Part shown: positions 55,706 through 64,000 of the stretch, piece after piece
Numbering within the stretch: position 1 is the first letter of the stretch
Layout: each line of letters opens with the position of its first letter
Source of the DNA: Nitrospirota bacterium
Lineage (GTDB): Bacteria; Nitrospirota; Thermodesulfovibrionia; Thermodesulfovibrionales; JdFR-86
Direction of reading: 5' to 3'
Assembly (NCBI GenBank): GCA_963721805.1
Contig: CAVRJY010000001.1
Span: 864,001 to 928,000, forward strand
DNA length: 64,000 nucleotides
Translations under genes and position numbers: made by a program
Notes under the pieces: model-generated
Seen by the model: the letters and a program-made list of their open reading frames with translations, nothing else
Databases searched by the model: none
What the model was told of the DNA's origin: nothing

Positions 55706-57238
55706 TCATCCTTTGAAAGTTTCGTATACCTCGTCGAACTTTGAAGAAATACTCATAAACGCCCTCAGCGTCCGCGGATCGAAATGCTCCGGCATCGTCC
55801 TGCCGTCTCCTCGGGTGATTATGTCGCAAGCGGTTTTATGGTCGTATGCGGGCTTATACGCACGCGCGTTTCTGAGCGCGTCGTAGATATCGGCAACCGC
55901 CATTATCCTGCCTTCAAGCGGTATGCCCTCGCCGGAGAGGGCGCTGGGATAGCCGCCGCCGTCCCACCTTTCGTGGTGGGTCAGGGCTATCGTCCTTGCG
56001 TGCCTGAACCTGGGATGGCCTCCGATTATCTTGGCGCCGTGGACCGTGTGCAGCTGCATGATCAGCCACTCCTGCGGCGTCAGCGGGCCGGGTTTCCTCA
56101 GGATTTCGGCCGGTATATGGATTTTTCCCACGTCGTGCAGGAGCGCCTGGACCCGCAGCGCATTGACAAAGGCGTCGGGCTGCTTCAGCACCTTGGCAAG
56201 GATGGCGCAGTACAGCCCGACCCTTACTATGTGCTTCCCGGTATCCTCATCGTTAACCTCGGAGGCCCTGGCGAGGGCCTCCACTGTATATTCAAAGGCC
56301 TCCTCAGTCTCTTTGACCTGCGTGGAGAGCGACCTCAGAAACAGGGTCTGCATAACGATGCTGTTGAGCACCGCCGCGTCATAGCTCGATACCTCCCGCC
56401 CGTAGTTTAGCGCGAATACGCACAGCGGGTCGCTCAGGTAGCAGGTCATATTCTTGACCGATACGCTGAAAGCCTGCAGCTTTTCGCTGAATGCCTCAAA
56501 CAGCGGGCTTTTCATGTCAACGTCATTGTAAAAGACGAGCCTCGAGCCCGCTGCCTGATGATGGTTTATGTCCAGGACTATCTGGAAAGGCGTCCTTTCG
56601 AGCTTGCCGAAGACGAACTCGTAGCGGAACCAGTCGTAATTGCCATTGTCGTTAAGTATGCGGACCAGCACGATCTCGGGCTTCTCGAAGACGTCGCTCT
56701 GCTGCCTCAGGACGCGGCCCACGATGCCGTCAATCTTCAACATGAAGTCGAACTCCAGGGGGTTGAAGGTATTGATTAAGTCCTCGCCGAAGTTGGTGAG
56801 GCTGCTGATATTGTCGTAGGCGTAATTTAGCTTGTCGTTGAGCTCCTTCACCCTCAGCAGCATCTTTATCCGGGCCAGCACCTCGGCCTGGTCGAAGGGC
56901 TTTGAGAGGAACTCTTCGGCCCCGGCCTCTATGCCCTTTACGCGGTCCTGCTTCGTGTTCAGAGCGGTTATCATGATTACCGGTATGTTGCGGTATGTGC
57001 CGCTGCCCTTTATCTCTCGGCATACCTCGAAACCGCTCATGCCCGGCATCATGACGTCCAGAAGCACTAGGCCGATACGCTGTGTCTTTATTATCTTAAG
57101 GGCGTCTTTTCCGTTTGAGGCCGCGACGACCTCGTATCCCCGCGGGACGAGTATGTTTTCGAGCAGCTTGAGATTCGCCGGTTCGTCGTCGACGCACAGC
57201 ACCATCGGGCTTACGGGATTCATCGTCTCATCCGCCAA
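55706..57238 (-). CDS. Receiver + unknown central domain + HD-GYP phosphodiesterase
   Basis: CVDDE/LDVMMPG/KP receiver; [37 protein letters not shown]. Confidence 0.9.
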   Translation of the reverse strand: MADETMNPVSPMVLCVDDEPANLKLLENILVPRGYEVVAASNGKDALKIIKTQRIGLVLLDVMMPGMSGFEVCREIKGSGTYRNIPVIMITALNTKQDRVKGIEAGAEEFLSKPFDQAEVLARIKMLLRVKELNDKLNYAYDNISSLTNFGEDLINTFNPLEFDFMLKIDGIVGRVLRQQSDVFEKPEIVLVRILNDNGNYDWFRYEFVFGKLERTPFQIVLDINHHQAAGSRLVFYNDVDMKSPLFEAFSEKLQAFSVSVKNMTCYLSDPLCVFALNYGREVSSYDAAVLNSIVMQTLFLRSLSTQVKETEEAFEYTVEALARASEVNDEDTGKHIVRVGLYCAILAKVLKQPDAFVNALRVQALLHDVGKIHIPAEILRKPGPLTPQEWLIMQLHTVHGAKIIGGHPRFRHARTIALTHHERWDGGGYPSALSGEGIPLEGRIMAVADIYDALRNARAYKPAYDHKTACDIITRGDGRTMPEHFDPRTLRAFMSISSKFDEVYETFKG

Positions 57239-57593
57239 GTACTTTCTTGATTATTTCCGGCAGCCTTCGAGTATCGATGGGCTTAGCCAGATATTCATCG
57301 AAGCCGGACTTCAGCGCCTCTTCCCTGTCCCCCTTCATCGCGAACGACGTAACGGCGATGACCTTCGTGGCGTGCAGTTCAGGTGTATCCCTCAGCGCCC
57401 TGATGACCTCGAAGCCGTCCATCACCGGCATCTGCAGGTCTAAAAGGATCAGGTCGGGCCTGTTTTCCCTGGCCATCCTCATGCCCTCGGCGCCGTCCGG
57501 GGCCTCTATCACCTCATAGCCGTGGTAGGTCAATACCTGCCTCAGCAGGATGCGGTTATGTTCGTTGTCCTCGACTACGAGTATCTTATGCAT
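57228..57593 (-). CDS. Single-domain response regulator (DivK-like)
   Basis: [25 protein letters not shown]. Confidence 0.9.
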   Translation of the reverse strand: MHKILVVEDNEHNRILLRQVLTYHGYEVIEAPDGAEGMRMARENRPDLILLDLQMPVMDGFEVIRALRDTPELHATKVIAVTSFAMKGDREEALKSGFDEYLAKPIDTRRLPEIIKKVLGG

Positions 57594-57602
57594 GGCCCAA
57601 TG

Positions 57603-59864
57603 CTACCTCCGGCCTTCCAGTGCCCGCTGCCTCAGCGGCAGGACGAACGCGAACCTGCTGCCCTTGCCGAATTCGCTCTCGACCCAGATCCTGCCTCCGT
57701 GCAGCTCCACGAGCCTCTTCGTTAGCGCGAGCCCGAGCCCGGTGCCTTCGTACTCCTTGGTGTAAGCCGTTTCAAGCTGAGTGAATTCCGTAAATAGCCT
57801 CTTTATGTCCTCCGGCTTGATGCCTATGCCCGTATCAGTAACGCTGATTTCAATTTCATTTGTATCGGCAAGTTTCCTCGCAGCCAGAGCCACCGTACCG
57901 CCGTCCGGGGTGAACTTCAGGGCGTTGCTCAGGAGGTTAAACACGATCTGTTTGAGCTTCCGCTGGTCCGCCTCGATCGTTATGTCCGCACCGTGGCCAA
58001 GTTCGAGACATAGGTTGATGCCGTGCTTTATAGCCTTTTCTTTCTGCATGACCATGGCTGCCTCGAGCAGTTCCCTTAGAGACACGGCCTCGGGTTCGAG
58101 CGCCATCCTGCCTGCCTCGACCTTCGAGAGGTCAAGGATGTCGTTGATGAGGCTCAGAAGATGCCTGCCGGCGCTCATGATATACCCCACGTTGTCGCGT
58201 TGCGAGTCGTTAAGGCTGCCGAGCAGCTCATCCTGCATGACCTCGGAGAAACCGATTATGGAATTCAGGGGCGTCCTGAGCTCATGGGACATGTTCGCAA
58301 GGAAATCCGACTTGGCCTTCGTCGCCGCGTCGGCCTGGGTTTTCGCCTCTTCCGCCTCATTGCGCCTCAGGATGAGCTCGTCGTTCAGGATCTGGAGTTC
58401 GCAGTTGGTATCCTCAAGCTGTCTCGTCCTTTCTCTGACCTTTGCCTCAAGCGTCTCGGCGTATTCCCTCAGCTTATTTTCAAGCTGTTTTCTTTCCGTG
58501 ATGTCCCTGCCCACACCGCTGAGGCCGATGGGGTTTCCCTTATGGTCTCTGAGCAGTGAGGCGGTAAACTCATAAGGGATCTGCCTCCCGTCTTTGGTAA
58601 CCACATGTGCGTCAGAACTGGCGCTTCCCTCTTTGACCGCCGCGTTAATGGCCTCGGTTATTCGCTCTATGTCATCGCCGCTGAAAAAAGCCATTGGGTT
58701 CAAGGCGTCGATTTCAGAGTCGCTGTAGCCTGTGACGTCATTGACAGCCTTATTCCACCTGATGAATCTTCCCTGCAAGTCAAATACAAAAAATGTATCC
58801 TTCAGGACATTCAGGGCGTTTTCAGTGAAGGCCTTCTCTTCCTTAAGCGCCTCCTCTGCCTCGATGTACTCCGTGATGTCGCGAATCGTTCCGATAACGC
58901 CGATTATCTCGCCCCTTGCGTTCCTTAATGGTGAACTCATATCGTACGTCCAGTTCGAGATTCCTGTATTCTGGTCGGCAAAATGAAAACGCACACCCGA
59001 AACCGGCTCCCCCTCAAGCGCCCTTTCGATGCATTCCATGATCCCTGATTCACGCAACGGGGGGAAAACTTCCAGCGGATGCTTGCCCAGGATCTTGCTG
59101 GCAGGAAGACCGGTTAATCGCTCCATCGCGTGATTCCATACCTTGACCTTCAAGTCAGGGCCATAAACAATAAGCCCCTCCTGAGCGCCTTCGATGATCT
59201 GGCGGTTAAACTCGCTCGATTCGCGAAGCGCCTCCTCGGTTTCCATCCGCGCCTCGATCTCTTCAACAAGGCTCACGGTCCGTTGCTTGACCTTCTGCTC
59301 GAGTTCTTCGTTGAGGATCTTTAACTGTTCCTGGACCGCGATGAGTTCGGTGTTTTTCTGGACGGCGTTCTCGTAGGTCGAGATCAGGAGGTCGAGTATC
59401 TGTTTCCTTTCGGATGTGATGAAATACTTTTTCCCTGCAAAATATATCTCGACCCCGATCTGCGTCCGTGATGACTTCTGCAGTTCGCGGTTTATGAGGA
59501 TCTGCCTTATCCTCGCAAGCAGATGCCCTTCGTTGTAAGGTTTGACAATGAAATTGTCAGCCCCGCACTCAAGGCCGCTGATGACGTCCGTAGGGTCAGA
59601 GAGAGAGGTAAGCAGGATAACGGGCGTGGAACCCATCTCCGCATCTTTCTTTATATTCCTGCATAGCTCGAATCCGTCCATTTCAGGCATTAAGACATCG
59701 GTGATGACGAGCTCCGGCCGATATTCCTTTGCCATTTTAAGCCCCTCGGCGCCGTCCTTTGCCACGGCCACGGAATACCCTTCGGCCACTAGCGTCCTTC
59801 GGAGCGTCTCGGCCTGGATGGCGCTGTCTTCGGCGATCAGTATCCTCGTCTCCGGGGTTGTCAT
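57603..59864 (-). CDS. Receiver-PAS-PAS histidine kinase
   Basis: AEDS/TDVLMP/KP receiver, two [34 protein letters not shown]. Confidence 0.92.
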   Translation of the reverse strand: MTTPETRILIAEDSAIQAETLRRTLVAEGYSVAVAKDGAEGLKMAKEYRPELVITDVLMPEMDGFELCRNIKKDAEMGSTPVILLTSLSDPTDVISGLECGADNFIVKPYNEGHLLARIRQILINRELQKSSRTQIGVEIYFAGKKYFITSERKQILDLLISTYENAVQKNTELIAVQEQLKILNEELEQKVKQRTVSLVEEIEARMETEEALRESSEFNRQIIEGAQEGLIVYGPDLKVKVWNHAMERLTGLPASKILGKHPLEVFPPLRESGIMECIERALEGEPVSGVRFHFADQNTGISNWTYDMSSPLRNARGEIIGVIGTIRDITEYIEAEEALKEEKAFTENALNVLKDTFFVFDLQGRFIRWNKAVNDVTGYSDSEIDALNPMAFFSGDDIERITEAINAAVKEGSASSDAHVVTKDGRQIPYEFTASLLRDHKGNPIGLSGVGRDITERKQLENKLREYAETLEAKVRERTRQLEDTNCELQILNDELILRRNEAEEAKTQADAATKAKSDFLANMSHELRTPLNSIIGFSEVMQDELLGSLNDSQRDNVGYIMSAGRHLLSLINDILDLSKVEAGRMALEPEAVSLRELLEAAMVMQKEKAIKHGINLCLELGHGADITIEADQRKLKQIVFNLLSNALKFTPDGGTVALAARKLADTNEIEISVTDTGIGIKPEDIKRLFTEFTQLETAYTKEYEGTGLGLALTKRLVELHGGRIWVESEFGKGSRFAFVLPLRQRALEGRR

Positions 59865-60931
59865 GGCTGCTTTTTTCCCTCCAGAAGCCGCACCGCAAAA
59901 TTCAGGATCATCGGGCCGATCTCACCAAGCGCGGTGACGTATCCCGCCGCGCCCATTTCGATTGCCCGTTTAGGCATGCCGAATACGATGCTGCTGGCCT
60001 CATCCTGAGCAACCGTGATCCCGCCTGCGTCCCTGATCTCGCGCAGGCCCTCGGCCCCGTCCCTCCCCATCCCTGTCAGCAGGACCCCGAATGCCGAATC
60101 GCGATAGTAATCCGCCGCGGACCTCATCGTTACTGTGACGGACGGCCTATGCCCCTCAATTGGCGGCTCGGCCGAGACGACGAACCTGCCCGCGCAATCG
60201 ATCTTCAGGTGCGTTTCTTCCTGCGGAAAATATACGGTGCCGGGCAGGGGGACCTCGCCCGCCTTCGCTATCTCGATTTTCATCCTGCACTGCGATGAAA
60301 GCCAGTCGAGGAGGCCCTGTAAAAACCCCTCGTTGATGTGCTGGACGCAGATGATCGGCAATGGGAAATCGGAAGGAAGAATTTTGAGTATTGTCATGAG
60401 CGCGTTGGGCCCCCCGGTGGAAGCGCCGATGACGATGATCCGGGCCTTCGATCCGTCGAGCTTGATCCTCGTGCCCGCCGCCGCCGTCCTGACCCCGTTG
60501 ATCACTGGCGCATCAGGCGCCGGCCGCCTGAAGACGCGGATACCTGAAAGTATCCGGATCTTTTTTGTCAGCTCCGGGGCTAGCCTTTCGAAGTCGGTGT
60601 CGAGGCTCACCCGTGGCTTCGGAAATATATCTATCGCCCCCGCCTCGATGACCCTGAATGCGTTCAGGGAGCCTTCGCGCCCTGATATGCTCACGAGGAG
60701 TATCGGCAGAGGATGCCTTGCCATGACCTCCCTCGTGAATTCGAGGCCGTCCATCACAGGCATATGGAGGTCGGTGCAGATAACGTCAGGTTTCACACGG
60801 GGGATGAGGTCCAATGCCTCCCTGCCGTTTCCGGCCGCGCCGACGACCTCCATCTCGGCTGACTTTGACAGCATCCTCCTGAGCACCGTGATGGCGACGG
60901 GGGAATCGTCGACGAGCAGGACCCTGATCAT
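59861..60931 (-). CDS. cheB: Chemotaxis protein-glutamate methylesterase
   Basis: Receiver plus [25 protein letters not shown]. Confidence 0.95.
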   Translation of the reverse strand: MIRVLLVDDSPVAITVLRRMLSKSAEMEVVGAAGNGREALDLIPRVKPDVICTDLHMPVMDGLEFTREVMARHPLPILLVSISGREGSLNAFRVIEAGAIDIFPKPRVSLDTDFERLAPELTKKIRILSGIRVFRRPAPDAPVINGVRTAAAGTRIKLDGSKARIIVIGASTGGPNALMTILKILPSDFPLPIICVQHINEGFLQGLLDWLSSQCRMKIEIAKAGEVPLPGTVYFPQEETHLKIDCAGRFVVSAEPPIEGHRPSVTVTMRSAADYYRDSAFGVLLTGMGRDGAEGLREIRDAGGITVAQDEASSIVFGMPKRAIEMGAAGYVTALGEIGPMILNFAVRLLEGKKQP

Positions 60932-63186
60932 GCCAGCCTCCTGAGCGTTTCAAGGAGGGCCTTCTGGTCAAAGGAAGGTTTTGTTATGTAGGCGTTCGCG
61001 CCTGCCTCCATGCCCCTGCGCCTGTCGAGGTCCGATGCCAGCGATGTCACGAGGATGACTGGCATCTCCCTGTAGCGCTTGTCCTGGCGTAATTTCCCGG
61101 TGAGCGCCAGCCCGTCCATTTTCGGCATCATGATGTCCGAAATGAGCGCGTCATATGGGCCTTCGGCAAGCTTGCCGTATGCATCGAGGCCATCTACGGC
61201 CACGGTGACGTCATACCCCGCCCCTTCGAGGATGCGTTTCATCTGGGTCCTGACCGTCATGCTGTCTTCGGCCACGAGGATCCGCTGCCTGGATTCCGCC
61301 TCACCGGCCGGTTTTTCTCCCAGAGACGGGCCCGCTATCTTTTTGAAGGTCTTTATCAGGTCAAACGGGTTTAAAACCAGACATACCTCTCCGGTGCCGA
61401 GTATCGTCGAACCCGAGATGTTTCTCGCCCGCTTCACTATTGCGCTGTACTGTTTGAGCACTACCTCTTGTTCATCCAGCAGTTCATCGACAAGCAGGCC
61501 GAGGCTGTTGTCCCCCGCAGATACGATGACGCACGGGAGTTTTTCGGGCCGCTGGTCGCGGCGCTTGATAGGCGTGTCCCGCTCTTTCAGCCCAAGGAGG
61601 TCGGCAAGGCCGGCGACCGGGACTGGGGCCTTGTCGAAGACTATCGTCCTGCGCCCCTTGATCGTGAATGCGTCTTTGAGGTTCATGAGGCAGGTCGTCT
61701 GGACATGCTCGACCGAGACAGCGTATTTGATGCCGCTTACCGCCACGATCATCACCCTTGAGGTCACAAGGGTCAATGGCAGCTGGACGCGTATGCTGCA
61801 GCCCCTGTCGGGGGAAGACTCGAAATGCACCGTGCCTTTGAGGCGCTCGGCGTTGGCCCTCACGACATCGAGCCCGACGCCCCTGCCGGAGACGTCCGAT
61901 ACGAAATCGCTCGTCGAGAGCCCTGAGACGAATATGAGGGATTGGACCTGCGACTGGGACATCGATGCAAGCTCGCCCTCATTTGCGATATTCCCTTTCA
62001 GGGCCGCTCGCCTGATCGCATCGGCATCGAGCCCCCGCCCGTCGTCGCTGACCTCGATTATCACGTTGGAAGGCGTCTGAGAGGCCCTTAACGTGACCGT
62101 GCCGGAGCGCGGCTTGTTCTTCCTCAACCGCTCCTCCGGCGTCTCGATACCGTGGTCGACGGCATTCCTGACCATGTGGATAAGGGGGTCCTTCATCTCC
62201 TCTATGATCCGCTTGTCGGCCGGGGTGTCGCCGCCTTCGATTACGAGCGCGACCTCTTTTGAGCTTTCTTTTGCGAGGTCCCTCACCATGCGCTGAAACA
62301 GGTTGAAGATAATCGAGAGGGGCAGGAGCCGAAGCTGGCTGCTGTTGTCCTGAAGCTCCGCAGCCACCAGCGCGAGCCTCGAGCTGTCCTCGTATAACTT
62401 GCCCCTGAAGGCGTTGAGCACCGCGCCGAAGACAGTAATTACCGGCTTGTCGCCCGGTCCCGATGCCGGGAGCTTCCTCGCTATCCCTTCCCACAGCGCC
62501 ATGGCGTCGGTGATGTCCTCGAGCCGCTGGGCGATCCGGTGGCTCGTGACGTTCAACTCGCCCGTCTGAGACATCAGTTTGTCGAGCTTGTGTGTATCGA
62601 CCCGTATCGTATCTATGCGAAAATCACGGATATGCGGCTGATCGGGAACTGGCGCGGAGCCCTCGGGCTGCACGACCGGGGGGTGCGTGCGGCGGGCCGG
62701 GGCCTCCGCGCCTTCTATTCCCGGGGACGAGGGCCGGGGACCGCCTTCTTGCATCTCGGGACCCTGGTCTCCCCGAGCCTGCTCCGCTGACGGGGCGGCG
62801 CCGCTCTCCGGAGCGATCTTCATCCGTTCAAGCACATCAGATACCGTGACGTCGGAGGACTCCCCGTCAAGGGCCTGTCTTATGATATTCCGTATGGCGT
62901 CGAGCCCCTTGCACAGTCCGTCGATGACACCGGAAGACAGCCCCGCAGCGCCGCTCTTTGCGGAGCCGAGGATATCCTCGATGCGGTGCGAGAGCGCCTC
63001 GACGCCTGTCAGGCCAACCATGCGCGCGGCCCCCTTCAGGCTGTGCGCCTCGCGGAACGTATCCTGAAGCACCGCCTGGTTGCCCGGTTCTTTCTCAAGG
63101 CGCAGGAAGCCCTCCTCCAGCCGCTGGATATGCTCAGCGCTCTCGGTCCTGAAAATGTTAATCAGCTCGTCATCGTGTTCGATCAT
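60928..63186 (-). CDS. cheA: Hybrid CheA-type kinase (Hpt-HATPase-CheW-receiver)
   Basis: FREAHSLKGAA, HMVRNAVDHG, DDGRG, SGRGVGLDVV, CheW-like region, C-terminal receiver (AEDS, DIMMP, KP). Confidence 0.93.
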   Translation of the reverse strand: MIEHDDELINIFRTESAEHIQRLEEGFLRLEKEPGNQAVLQDTFREAHSLKGAARMVGLTGVEALSHRIEDILGSAKSGAAGLSSGVIDGLCKGLDAIRNIIRQALDGESSDVTVSDVLERMKIAPESGAAPSAEQARGDQGPEMQEGGPRPSSPGIEGAEAPARRTHPPVVQPEGSAPVPDQPHIRDFRIDTIRVDTHKLDKLMSQTGELNVTSHRIAQRLEDITDAMALWEGIARKLPASGPGDKPVITVFGAVLNAFRGKLYEDSSRLALVAAELQDNSSQLRLLPLSIIFNLFQRMVRDLAKESSKEVALVIEGGDTPADKRIIEEMKDPLIHMVRNAVDHGIETPEERLRKNKPRSGTVTLRASQTPSNVIIEVSDDGRGLDADAIRRAALKGNIANEGELASMSQSQVQSLIFVSGLSTSDFVSDVSGRGVGLDVVRANAERLKGTVHFESSPDRGCSIRVQLPLTLVTSRVMIVAVSGIKYAVSVEHVQTTCLMNLKDAFTIKGRRTIVFDKAPVPVAGLADLLGLKERDTPIKRRDQRPEKLPCVIVSAGDNSLGLLVDELLDEQEVVLKQYSAIVKRARNISGSTILGTGEVCLVLNPFDLIKTFKKIAGPSLGEKPAGEAESRQRILVAEDSMTVRTQMKRILEGAGYDVTVAVDGLDAYGKLAEGPYDALISDIMMPKMDGLALTGKLRQDKRYREMPVILVTSLASDLDRRRGMEAGANAYITKPSFDQKALLETLRRLA

Positions 63187-63238
63187 AACCCTCGCGCCTC
63201 ACAAGGAGTATCCGTCGCCCCCGGTGCGCCACATTCGC

Positions 63239-64000
63239 TCACAGCAGCTGTTTGAGGTTTTCCGCTGCTGTATTGAGCTGCTCGATCCCGGCCTTCGTCT
63301 GAGCAATACCTGAGGCCGTCTCCCTAGCGCCGGTGTTCAGGCCGTTCATGGCCTCCACGATCTGGCCTATCGCCGTAGCCTGCTGCTTTGTATTGAGCAG
63401 GACCTGCTGCACGTTCTCGTATGACGTATTCGAGGCCTCGGACAAGGTGTTGAACAGCTCGCCGACGTTGCGGGTACACGCCGTCACCTCCTCGACCACC
63501 CGGGTGCCTTCCTCGGTCTTGAGTACCGTCGCGTTAGTCGCCTTCTGGATTTCCGAGATGACCGCGTTTGACTGCTCGGCCGATTTCTTGCTCTCGTTTG
63601 CAAGCTTCCTTATCTCGCTTGCGACGACCGCAAAACCCTTTCCGTGCTCACCTGCCCGCGCCGCCTCGACGGCCGCGTTGAGGGCGAGCATGTTTATCTC
63701 GCCCGAGAGGTCCTTGACCATGTTGGCAAGGTTTCCGAGCTGCGCGCTCTGCTCCCCAAGCTGCAGTATCTGGTCCGCTATAGCGCCGACCTTGGTCCCG
63801 AGGTTGTTCATGCCGTCGATCTCCTGCTTGACCAGCACGGTCCCCTCGGACGTGGCGCTCTGCGATTTTTGCGCTGCCTCGGCGGCGCCCGACGCCTGCT
63901 CCGAGGTCTGCATCGAGGAGGAGCCAAGCTCCTGAATCGTGGTGGTCGTCTCGTTGACCATCGAGGCCTGCTGCGACGCGGTCCGTTCATGCTGGCTTAC
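63239..64000 (-). CDS. Methyl-accepting chemotaxis protein (5' part outside window)
   Basis: [33 protein letters not shown]. Confidence 0.93.
   Translation of the reverse strand, partial: VSQHERTASQQASMVNETTTTIQELGSSSMQTSEQASGAAEAAQKSQSATSEGTVLVKQEIDGMNNLGTKVGAIADQILQLGEQSAQLGNLANMVKDLSGEINMLALNAAVEAARAGEHGKGFAVVASEIRKLANESKKSAEQSNAVISEIQKATNATVLKTEEGTRVVEEVTACTRNVGELFNTLSEASNTSYENVQQVLLNTKQQATAIGQIVEAMNGLNTGARETASGIAQTKAGIEQLNTAAENLKQLL

Overview
GC-rich bacterial chromosome segment; gene content is typical of an anaerobic Nitrospirota/Desulfobacterota-like organism (inference only). 1-8 kb: ccdA (partial), mog, MOSC protein, mnmA, a PAS-GAF-PAS protein with no output domain plus a PAS/HD-GYP protein, cysteine synthase, a sigma54-promoter GGDEF gene and a small Cys-rich protein. 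8-29 kb (minus strand): a near-complete anaerobic cobalamin biosynthesis and cobalt-uptake cluster in two blocks, each headed by a cobalamin riboswitch. It lacks cbiJ and carries two uncharacterised genes (a BPL_N/GATase-like protein and a small Cys-rich protein). 29-41 kb: tandem USP, an AbrB-PIN-TPR/LA2681-HEPN operon in which both nuclease domains look catalytically eroded, hisB, frameshifted hisC, a 178-bp MITE-like element, a frameshifted lipoprotein of eight 54-aa repeats, etfB-etfA(Fd)-fabD-leuD-leuB and ygiD. 42-52 kb is accessory: an IS481-like remnant, tRNA-Leu(TAG) whose 5' half is duplicated 2.2 kb away around a low-GC Rhs-remnant/membrane-protein islet, then a sulfotransferase/radical SAM/glycosyltransferase cluster and a histidine kinase remnant. 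52-64 kb: EF-hand protein, spy-baeSR-like module and a Wsp-like chemosensory operon ending in an HD-GYP protein. No CRISPR array or rRNA was seen. All family calls come from motif recognition by eye; no searches were run.
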